Positions 1 to 7,089 of a stretch of DNA of 27,252 bases are shown here, piece after piece. The translations under genes and the position numbers were made by a program. The stretch comes from an uncultured virus (IMG/VR IMGVR_UViG_3300031455_000002). Lineage: Duplodnaviria > Heunggongvirae > Uroviricota > Caudoviricetes. The notes under the pieces were generated by a model. That model had not been told where the DNA came from, searched no databases, and saw only the letters and a list, made by a program, of their open reading frames with translations. The stretch lies in IMG/VR virus record IMGVR_UViG_3300031455_000002. One strand, written 5' to 3'. The number at the start of each line of letters is the position of its first letter. Position 1 is the first letter of the stretch.

Positions 1-406
1 CGGTCTTTTCGAGGTCGCGACGCATCTCGTACCCGATGTCCTTGTCCTTTTCTCCTGCCTTGATCGCAGCAACGAACCCAGCAACCTCGAGCTGCATAGA
101 ATCCATAAGGTTGTAGACTCGGTTCTTGTTGATGCGTAGGCGCTCTAGAGAGCGCGTGATCGTCTTCAGTCCGTACGAGTGAAGAGTCGACACCTCGATT
201 CCTTGCGGAGCTTGCTTCTGTAGCTCGTCGGCGATGCTCTTGTTGAAGGCCACGAACAGCGTCGAGCACCCCCTGGGGACATGTTTGAGCGCCTCGACGA
301 TCGTGGTGGTCTTGCCGCTCCCGGCGACCGCCCTCACGACGGTATTACCGGTTCCAGTGGCGATGTTATCGAATACGTCCTGCTGATACTTGCTCCAGGT
401 TCTCAT
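1..406 (-). CDS. UvrD/Rep-like SF1 helicase, N-terminal part (runs off window)
   Basis: Manual translation from ATG 406: MRTWSKYQQDVFDNIATGTGNTVVRAVAGSGKTTTIVEAL...LFVAFNKSIADEL...STLHSYGL (Q motif, Walker A, motifs Ia/Ib); AGGAG Shine-Dalgarno upstream. Confidence 0.88.
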   Translation of the reverse strand, partial: MRTWSKYQQDVFDNIATGTGNTVVRAVAGSGKTTTIVEALKHVPRGCSTLFVAFNKSIADELQKQAPQGIEVSTLHSYGLKTITRSLERLRINKNRVYNLMDSMQLEVAGFVAAIKAGEKDKDIGYEMRRDLEKT

Positions 407-503
407 ATCGGGGGATCTCCTTTTCCCCTTGGTGGTGTGGGCGGAATGTCTCCGCCCACGTTCCGTTTCACTTCACTACGTGGTGGCTCTCAGAAACCTT
501 CCC

Positions 504-977
504 TCAGAACGGAGGCGCCGAACCACCCCCCGACGGAGCGCTGCTTCCGCCCCCACCGACGGCCTTGAGCCGAGCTTTGAAGGTGTCAGCAGTGAGGGGC
601 TTGTTCAGGGTCACGGTGCCTGCTCCGGTCAGGATCTCGAGCTTGGAGGCACCCATCTTCGTGGTTCCATCCGCGGCCTTGTAGGACTCCGGGGCGGTCA
701 CCCGGCAGGGCACCCGGTTGTCGTAGATCCCGTCCAGCTTGTCGATGTCCTCGGGACCGTTCCCTTTCCATCCCAGGAGACGAAGCCGCTCGTACGAGTA
801 CACGGCTGCGCCTTCGGAGAAGTACAGGAACGTGGTCATCTGACCGGACGGCTCCTTCGCGTCCTTGTCCACGAACAGATCCATGTCGATCGCCATCTGT
901 AGGACGCCCTTGTCGGTCTCGCCGAGCTGTACCTTGCCCTTGATTGCCTTGCCTTCGAAGTTTCCTGCGGTGATCAT
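504..977 (-). CDS. Phage single-stranded DNA-binding protein (DUF669-like)
   Basis: 157 aa with Gly/Ser tail ending APPF; start overlaps the stop of the Sak4-like gene, the usual Sak4-SSB pairing. Confidence 0.65.
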   Translation of the reverse strand: MITAGNFEGKAIKGKVQLGETDKGVLQMAIDMDLFVDKDAKEPSGQMTTFLYFSEGAAVYSYERLRLLGWKGNGPEDIDKLDGIYDNRVPCRVTAPESYKAADGTTKMGASKLEILTGAGTVTLNKPLTADTFKARLKAVGGGGSSAPSGGGSAPPF

Positions 978-1891
978 TTGGTTGCTTCTCCTGTGTCCTT
1001 GGTGACGGTTGACTGTTTCTCTTCGAGTCGTGCGGCGACACGGTTACGTGCCTCGACGATCATTCCTGGGTTTGCGCGCAGGTATTCCTTCACCTGCGCA
1101 TCGAGAGTCTTGTCCCCGATCTCGAGGAGCATATTGTCGATCTCCTTACGGAGAGCTTCCGCGCGTTCGGTGTCCGCGGCACACGCCTTCGAGAACTCGT
1201 CCCACGAGAGAAGGATCTTCTCGGGGAACATGGTCGTGCCTCGAGACTTGGCATCGTATGCCGGAGATCGCTGGGTGTGAAACCAGCGAGTCCCGGTGGC
1301 GACCGCCTTGGTCTCACCTCCGACCTTCTGGTGAGCCACGTCGATCGTAGCGAACAGGACGTAGTCCGCCCACTGGCGGAGCAGACCAGCGATCTGACGA
1401 CGCATGGCGAGCTCGTGACGATCGTATCCGACTCCGAGCGGATCGTCGAACCGCTTCACCTGCATGTGCCCGATCAGGACGATCGACTTGCCGGACAACC
1501 AGACGCGCTCCAGGGCGCTCAGGAGTTCGCGCCAGCGAGTCAGCGCGTACGTTTCTCCGCGTCCGTAGCCACCGTCCCACTTGTCGATCGTGGTATTCGG
1601 GAAGAATTCCGAGTTCCCATGATGCTCGAGGTCGCTCACCGAGTCGAGAACGAGCGTCTTGCACTTCACGGAACCGTTTTCCACGGCGCCGACCCACTCC
1701 ATTGTTTCGGTCCACGTGTCTGGGATGACGCGCTTGACGTCGTACTTGAAGCTGCCTCGGTTCACGTCGATGAAGAACGGATCGGGAGCGCCGGCTGCAA
1801 ACCGGGTCTTCCCTACACCGTCCGCCGAGTACAGGAGCACCCGGGGTTCTCGTTGCTGCTTACCTTGGGTGATTCGTTTCAGATCGATCAT
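974..1891 (-). CDS. Sak4-like AAA ATPase / single-strand annealing protein (AAA_24)
   Basis: RVLLYSADGVGKTRFAA Walker A, TLVLDSVSDLE Walker B, IVLIGH, WADYVLFA, AYDAKSR. Confidence 0.85.
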   Translation of the reverse strand: MIDLKRITQGKQQREPRVLLYSADGVGKTRFAAGAPDPFFIDVNRGSFKYDVKRVIPDTWTETMEWVGAVENGSVKCKTLVLDSVSDLEHHGNSEFFPNTTIDKWDGGYGRGETYALTRWRELLSALERVWLSGKSIVLIGHMQVKRFDDPLGVGYDRHELAMRRQIAGLLRQWADYVLFATIDVAHQKVGGETKAVATGTRWFHTQRSPAYDAKSRGTTMFPEKILLSWDEFSKACAADTERAEALRKEIDNMLLEIGDKTLDAQVKEYLRANPGMIVEARNRVAARLEEKQSTVTKDTGEATK

Positions 1892-1950
1892 TCGGGTACC
1901 TCTCTACTTGTGTGGGAAGCTCCGTGTGCAACACGGAGCCCCGTTAGAAA

Positions 1951-2805
1951 TCACTCTCCCCGTACCTTCCTCCACTCCCCGCTCCTGATCCCCTTGAGGA
2001 TCTCGCCAGGCACGTCCTCCCACTCCTGATCGATCCAGGCCGCGATGTCGGTCGCGACGGCGTTCTCCGCCTTCTTGCTGATCTTCGGCTCCTTGTCGCC
2101 GCTCACGATCTCACGCGCCTTCTTGGCGTTCTTGCTCCGCTTCTTGCCCGGGGTACGCGGAGCGTGCTCGATGAGCTCCGCCACCTTCTCCTTGGCCTCT
2201 GCCGGCTCGAGCTTCGACAGCTTGTAGCCGTCGCTCGTCGAAATCTTTCCGGCCTCGACGGCGTTGCGGACGGCCGCCGGAGCGTCGAGCAGCGACAAGA
2301 GGTTCTTCACGGAACCCTCGCTGATCCCGAAGAGCACCGCGACCTCCTTGGTGTCGCGACCGAGATCCAGATACCGCTGCGCCTTCTTCGCCTTGCCGAT
2401 CGGGGTGTCGTCCTGGCGATGCTCGTTCTCGCTGATCAGGATCCCCATAGCGCCGTGCGCGTTCGTCCGGCGCATCATCGCCGGCACCCGGATCGTCTCG
2501 AGTCCAGCCTTCTTGAGGCGCTTGTTCGCCTCTCGGGCGGCCTTCACACGCTGGCGCCCCACGACGACCTCCACCTTGCCCGTCTCCTGGTTGCGAACGG
2601 CCGTGATCGGCTCGAGGACTCCCTGAGGGATCCCGTCCGGGGCGTGCATCATGTTCTGGACGAGCGCCTCATTCACGGGCAGGTTCACGCGCTCGTCCCA
2701 GAGCGGCGACTTCTCGTCCGTCACGAGGACCAAGTCCTCGGGATCGAACATGTAGGCGTCCTTCTTACCCTTGGCGTTCAGCGAGTCTCTTGAGGCTTTC
2801 GGCAT
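1951..2805 (-). CDS. ParB/Srx N-terminal domain protein with HTH
   Basis: GVLEPITAVR...VVVGRQRVKAA (ParB box II-like), ISENEHRQDDTP, HTH TKEVAVLFGISEGSVKNLL; GGAG SD upstream. Confidence 0.85.
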   Translation of the reverse strand: MPKASRDSLNAKGKKDAYMFDPEDLVLVTDEKSPLWDERVNLPVNEALVQNMMHAPDGIPQGVLEPITAVRNQETGKVEVVVGRQRVKAAREANKRLKKAGLETIRVPAMMRRTNAHGAMGILISENEHRQDDTPIGKAKKAQRYLDLGRDTKEVAVLFGISEGSVKNLLSLLDAPAAVRNAVEAGKISTSDGYKLSKLEPAEAKEKVAELIEHAPRTPGKKRSKNAKKAREIVSGDKEPKISKKAENAVATDIAAWIDQEWEDVPGEILKGIRSGEWRKVRGE

Positions 2806-2871
2806 TGTTCTGTCTCCAGTTGAATAGTTGGTGAACGGTTGGTCCTACGGTTGGGCGGCAGGGATCCTTCC

Positions 2872-3924
2872 CTACTTGACCAGCTCCGCTACGGATTCCG
2901 CCTCGACGATCGCATCTACCCGTCCGCCAAGGGAAAACGTCCGAGAGGCGGCTCCCGTCTCCGGGTTCACCAGCGGTACCCGGAAGGTTTTTTCGATCGC
3001 GATGACCCCCTTCGGTGAGCCCCACCTGGCCGCATACCCAAGGAGCATCGCCTTCTCCTTCTCTCGGATGTATGGGTCCTCCGTCTCGAGCGCCGCTATC
3101 GCAGCCGATAGATCACCTGTGCGCCGGAACACATCGAGCGCAGCGTGGATACTGTGCCCCGTGGTGAGCGTCTCCGGTTTCTTTATCGGTCGCATCCTGA
3201 TCACGTAGCGGTTGTAGAACTTGCGAGGACACGAACGGTAAGCACGCATCGCGCTCTGCGTGAGCAGGCTCGCGTCGTCCGTCAGCGTCGTCGCTACGCC
3301 GTCTTCGGCGAGCTCCTCATGGACGTCTTCCTCGAAGCGGAAGAAGAGAGGATCGTTGAGATCCATCGTGTTCGAACACGGACCGAGATAGTCGCACTCT
3401 CGTCCCCAGCTCACACACGAGTCTGGATTACGCGGGTACATATTCAGCCGTCGCGCATCCCGCATCAGAGATGCCGTGTTCCACATGTCCTGCGCCGCTT
3501 CGCGCTCGTCGGACTCGAGTCGTACGACCACGCCACGGGCGTAGTATTTCGCAGGGTTCTCCGCGATGGCCTCGAGGCACCTGTTGCCGTACTCCTCTGG
3601 GGTCTCCGGTCTGGACTGGAGAACGTATCCGGCATCGGTGTCGCCGGTCTGGCGCCACTTTTTGCCGTGAAGACCAAGGACGCGCTGGCCGGCGGCGTCG
3701 AGGACGATCTTCTGGTTGTTCTCGTCGAGGAGAGGGACGGTGCTGGGTTTCTGCGCCGGTTTCAACAAACAGTCATAGACGCAGCCGCGCGGGTCGTGGC
3801 CCATCTTGCGAACGGCAGGGAGATAGAGCGAGAGCTGGGGGTCAAGGATCGTCCGTTTCCAGAACGTCGAGCCTGGAGAGAGATCCTCGCTCGTTGTCTT
3901 CGTCTCCCACAGATAGCACTTCAC
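2872..3924 (-). CDS. PD-(D/E)XK Cas4/AddB-like Fe-S exonuclease, circularly permuted
   Basis: Probable start GTG 3924 overlaps the upstream stop (GTGA). Motifs WETKTT, QLSLY, C-x6-C-x5-C, then TQSAMRAYRSCPRKF, GHSIH, IEKTF, GGRVD. Confidence 0.8.
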   Translation of the reverse strand: MKCYLWETKTTSEDLSPGSTFWKRTILDPQLSLYLPAVRKMGHDPRGCVYDCLLKPAQKPSTVPLLDENNQKIVLDAAGQRVLGLHGKKWRQTGDTDAGYVLQSRPETPEEYGNRCLEAIAENPAKYYARGVVVRLESDEREAAQDMWNTASLMRDARRLNMYPRNPDSCVSWGRECDYLGPCSNTMDLNDPLFFRFEEDVHEELAEDGVATTLTDDASLLTQSAMRAYRSCPRKFYNRYVIRMRPIKKPETLTTGHSIHAALDVFRRTGDLSAAIAALETEDPYIREKEKAMLLGYAARWGSPKGVIAIEKTFRVPLVNPETGAASRTFSLGGRVDAIVEAESVAELVK

Positions 3925-4589
3925 TTTGCCACCCTCACCTTGAACGGCAACTTCTCCGCATCCTCGAGTGACATCTTCCTCCACCAGACCTTCTCGTCCT
4001 TGTTCCATCTGAAACCGTGCTCTTTGACCACGTCCTTCATCTCGTACGGCGCGAGCGAATGAACCATCGCCTTCGGCCGCATCGCGTGAAGCAGGACAGG
4101 CTCGAGCTCATGCCCCAGCTCGACGAACCGGGTCAGGATGCGCGAGAGCGTGTCGACATCCGTCATCGCTCGGTGCGCGCCCGACACCCCTAGCCCGAAC
4201 GAAAGTGCCAGGTGCACGAGAGAGCCCCCTCGAGCACGACCGGGCCACGCTACGTCGTTCTCGGTGCACACCCAAGGTCGTCCGAGATCGGGCGTGAACT
4301 GTTGATCGAACTCTGCGTGGTGTGCCAGGATGATCTGAGCCGGCTCGAGGAGCCACCGCACCGTTCCCCAGACATGCTCGGGATCTCGGGCTTCCGGCAA
4401 GAGCTCTGCCGGGATCCCGTTGACGTGCTCCGCTGCGTTCTCGGCGGGGCCTCGGATGAGACTGGCGAAGCTCGCAACGGATCGAGCGCGTTGAACGTCG
4501 AAGAGAGATACCGCCACCTCGATCGCCCGGTCCCGGATCGGATCCAAGCCCGTCGTTTCCGTGTCTATCAAGGCGACGAAACGAAGCAT
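3921..4589 (-). CDS. DnaQ-like (DEDDh) 3'-5' exonuclease
   Basis: ATG 4589 with AGGAG SD; LIDTETTGLD (Exo I), AHHAEFD (Exo II), AHRAMTDV (Exo III); C-terminal VKEHGFRWN motif. Confidence 0.9.
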   Translation of the reverse strand: MLRFVALIDTETTGLDPIRDRAIEVAVSLFDVQRARSVASFASLIRGPAENAAEHVNGIPAELLPEARDPEHVWGTVRWLLEPAQIILAHHAEFDQQFTPDLGRPWVCTENDVAWPGRARGGSLVHLALSFGLGVSGAHRAMTDVDTLSRILTRFVELGHELEPVLLHAMRPKAMVHSLAPYEMKDVVKEHGFRWNKDEKVWWRKMSLEDAEKLPFKVRVAK

Positions 4590-5569
4590 GTTTCTCCTGC
4601 GCGTCGTCGAATGTCTTCCAGCGCCCGCTCGTTGCTCGCGAAAAAATGCGCGGTGCGCCCCGTGGACGCCATGTAGATCATGTGTCCGGCCAGCGCGGGG
4701 CCGTGCCGCTCTTCGAGGGCGTACCCCGCTTCCCCGGCCAGGTGGATCGACCACCCGGCGCGGCAGTGCGTCGTCGTGCACGAGTGCCACGCGCCCATGT
4801 TGAGCGCCCCCTTGCCGGAATCGATGACCTCCAGGATCCGGCGATCGAGATCCGGAACGACGGGCACGTCCTGGTGTTTCGCGCGGTACCGCTCGGCACG
4901 CTGGGCGTAGCGCGCCGGATCGACGACGCGCGTGTAGGGCTCCGGCGGATCGACCTTCTCGACGCCGGCAGGCACGTTTTTGGCGTCCGCGAGGTAGGCG
5001 TCCGCGAGGTTGGCGTCCGCGAGGTCGGCGCCCGCGAGGTCGGCGCCCGCGAGGTCGGCGCCCGCGAGGTTGGCGCCCGCGAGGTTGGCGCCCGCGAGGT
5101 TGGCGTCCGCGAGGTCGGCGCCCGCGAGGTCGGCGCCCGCGAGGTCGGCGCCCGCGAGGTCGGCGCGCGCGAGGTTGGCGTACGCGAGGTTGGCGTACGC
5201 GAGGTTGGCGCCCGCGAGGTTGGCGTCCGCGAGGTTGGCGTCCGCGAGGTCGGCGCCCGCGAGGTCGGCGCCCGCGAGGTCGGCGCGCGCGAGGTTGGCG
5301 TACGCGAGGTTGGCGTACGCGAGGTTGGCGTCCGCGAGGTCGGCGCCCGCGAGGTCGGCGCGCGCGAGGTTGGCGTACGCGAGGCTGGCGTACGCGAGGT
5401 CGGCGCGCGCGAGGTTGGCGTACGCGAGGCTGGCGTACGCGAGGTTGGCGTCCGCGAGGTCGGCGCCCGCGAGGTCGGCGCCCGCGAGGTCGGCGCCCGC
5501 GCCGGACGGATCTCCGCGGCGCCACAGCTTGTGCTTTTCGAGAATCTCGTTGAGTTTGGCCTGATCCAT
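4568..5569 (-). CDS. Pentapeptide repeat protein with C-terminal His/Cys domain
   Basis: About 34 A(D/N/S)LA(G/Y/D/R) repeats followed by MGAWHSCTTTHCRAGW. Confidence 0.9.
   Translation of the reverse strand: MDQAKLNEILEKHKLWRRGDPSGAGADLAGADLAGADLADANLAYASLAYANLARADLAYASLAYANLARADLAGADLADANLAYANLAYANLARADLAGADLAGADLADANLADANLAGANLAYANLAYANLARADLAGADLAGADLAGADLADANLAGANLAGANLAGADLAGADLAGADLADANLADAYLADAKNVPAGVEKVDPPEPYTRVVDPARYAQRAERYRAKHQDVPVVPDLDRRILEVIDSGKGALNMGAWHSCTTTHCRAGWSIHLAGEAGYALEERHGPALAGHMIYMASTGRTAHFFASNERALEDIRRRAGETCFVSSP
4985..5494. repeat. 15-bp tandem repeat (about 34 units) encoding the pentapeptides
   Basis: Unit of the form gcccgcgaggtcggc with variants, directly visible. 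Confidence 0.95.
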
Positions 5570-5578
5570 GGTTCGCGA

Positions 5579-5630
5579 AGCCTAAACGGGACACTTGCAT
5601 CTGTCAACGACATTCGCTACGCTACGTAGC
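5579..5630. promoter_or_regulatory. Overlapping divergent sigma70-type promoters with a possible operator
   Basis: Minus: TTGACA(5607-5602)-17-TAGGCT(5584-5579). Plus: TTGCAT(5595-5600)-17-TACGCT(5618-5623). Palindrome GCTACGTAGC at 5621-5630. Confidence 0.65.
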
Positions 5631-5633
5631 ACT

Positions 5634-5804
5634 ATGACAGAACGCCAGGAAATCGTGCTCGGGGCGAGGGTCAGCAAAACTTTGCAAGCAAAAATCCTTG
5701 CCGAGCAACGACGGCTCGAGAAGGTGACCGGGATCAAGCCCAGCATCAACGAGGTCGTGAGGATGCTCCTGGAGAAGGGGCTCGAAGTAAGGAGGAAGCG
5801 ATGA
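5634..5804 (+). CDS. Small ribbon-helix-helix-like DNA-binding protein
   Basis: MTERQEIVLGARVSKTLQAKI...PSINEVVRMLLEKGL: beta strand plus two helices; first gene after the promoter. Confidence 0.65.
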   Translation: MTERQEIVLGARVSKTLQAKILAEQRRLEKVTGIKPSINEVVRMLLEKGLEVRRKR

Positions 5805-5890
5805 AAATCTACGTCGCGTCCTCCTGGCGGAAACTTCTGCAACCCTCCATCGTCCACACGCTCCGTCGCCTCGGTCCGGTGTCACCATGA
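5801..5890 (+). pseudogene. 29-codon truncated paralogue of the NDT-like gene at 6135
   Basis: MKIYVASSWRKLLQPSIVHTLRRLGPVSP* versus MKIYVASSWRNALQPTIVRALRQCG; GGAGG SD; ATGA overlaps at both ends. Confidence 0.75.
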
Positions 5891-6138
5891 AAATTCCGAC
5901 AGTCCCTCGACCCGACTGCTCCTGCGGCCAACCAGCCACGCACGAGGTAGATGTCAACGTGCGACGCCTCGATCTCACCCGCGAGGCGGGCGTGCATTCG
6001 GTGCCATACTGGACGCCGTCGTTTCGAAGCCAAACGGTTCACGTCTCAGCTCTCGTTTGCGCAACCTGCGTGAAGAACCACGTTCGTATCTCGCTCGATG
6101 TCTCGGCTAGCGTCGAGAAGGCGAAGGTGAAACTGTGA
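5887..6138 (+). CDS. Hypothetical protein with CxC and CxxC motifs
   Basis: 83 aa, start/stop overlaps with both neighbours. Confidence 0.6.
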   Translation: MKIPTVPRPDCSCGQPATHEVDVNVRRLDLTREAGVHSVPYWTPSFRSQTVHVSALVCATCVKNHVRISLDVSASVEKAKVKL

Positions 6139-6596
6139 AAATCTACGTCGCCTCCTCTTGGAGAAACGCCCTGCAACCCACCATCGTCCGCGCGCTCCGT
6201 CAATGCGGCCACGAAGTCTACGACTTCCGGCACCCAAAGCCGGGCGATGACGGTTTCACCTGGAAGCAGGTCGGCGCTGGAACAGCTTTCGTCAACAAGG
6301 TCGAACCGGCGACGTGGAGGAAGATGCTCGAGCACCCACGCGCCGCCGAAGCCTACGAAGCAGATATCTCGCACGTGAGGTGGTGCGAGGCCGTCGTCTA
6401 CGTACTCCCGTGCGGGCGCTCTGCGTCGTTCGAGTTCGGCTACGCGATGGGCCAAGGCAAGCGCGGCGGCTCGGTTTCTGCGTGGGTTGTTCGAAGATGG
6501 ATCGGTCAACATTCGATCAGACGGAAAACTAGACCATGTCGAGTTCTCGTCAATCGTCCCCGAGGTACGCAGAATTGTGCGAACGATGCTGCTTAG
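6135..6596 (+). CDS. Nucleoside 2-deoxyribosyltransferase-like protein, C-terminus probably replaced after ~6465
   Basis: KIYVASSWRN, GHEVYDF, VLPCGRSASFEFGYAMGQGK; the tail reads out of frame through the intein remnant. Confidence 0.7.
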   Translation: MKIYVASSWRNALQPTIVRALRQCGHEVYDFRHPKPGDDGFTWKQVGAGTAFVNKVEPATWRKMLEHPRAAEAYEADISHVRWCEAVVYVLPCGRSASFEFGYAMGQGKRGGSVSAWVVRRWIGQHSIRRKTRPCRVLVNRPRGTQNCANDAA

Positions 6597-7089
6597 ATTC
6601 GGAATCGTTTCTGGAATCACCAACAGAGACGAGACGATCTACATCTACGGTCAATACGCCAAAATCTTTGGTGATCGGATCGGGTTCGTGTCGAAGTTCA
6701 AACAGGACAGGCTCAAGGAATCGGAGGCATCAGAAGGAACTCGATACACGTTTCCACTACGCAAAACGGAACTAAATTTATCGGCAGCTAAGCGCGGAGA
6801 AATCCAGCGACATCTAGCGCCAAAAGAAGCGTTCGTTGACAGAGCCCCGTTTCACCACTCGAAGATTAAGTCAGTTTCGAGATACATCGGCGAATCTGTA
6901 TGCGTGGAGGTTCCAGACGGTCATCAGTTCTTGCAGAACGGGTTCTGCGGTTGGAACAGTCAGGGTTCACAGTTCAAACATGCGGTCGTCATGGTGGATT
7001 GGAAACAGGACTACTCGAACGAAAATACGAGACGGCTGGCGTATACCGCCGCGACCAGAGCGTCAGAGAAGCTCACGGTGTTGACGTGA
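6463..7089 (+). pseudogene. 3' remnant of a RecD/Dda-like helicase gene: C-terminal half of a LAGLIDADG intein plus C-extein
   Basis: ARFLRGLFEDGSV (block E), VRRIVRTMLLRFGI (block H), VCVEVPDGHQFLQNGFCGWN|S (blocks F/G, junction 6957/6958), then SQGSQF...RRLAYTAATRASEKL (SF1B motifs V/VI); in-frame TGA at 6376 upstream. Confidence 0.75.

Noticed and set aside
2872..3924. Cas4-like gene as the adaptation module of the CRISPR locus
   Set aside because: It is 19 kb away inside a Sak4/SSB recombination operon, with no cas1/cas2
4985..5494. Tandem repeats as a CRISPR array or DGR template/variable pair with 27014-27252
   Set aside because: No spacers, the two tracts use different units, and no reverse transcriptase is present
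4646..5629. Long alternative-frame ORFs (RRPRG, REVGA, APTSR, ARSAP repeats) and the 559-aa extension of the DnaQ ORF
   Set aside because: By-products of a stop-free 15-bp repeat; DnaQ has its own SD and ATG at 4589
6900..7085. N-terminal extension of the 1014-aa helicase ORF
   Set aside because: Overlaps the upstream remnant; GTG 7086 coupled to its stop and just before the Q motif is the better start
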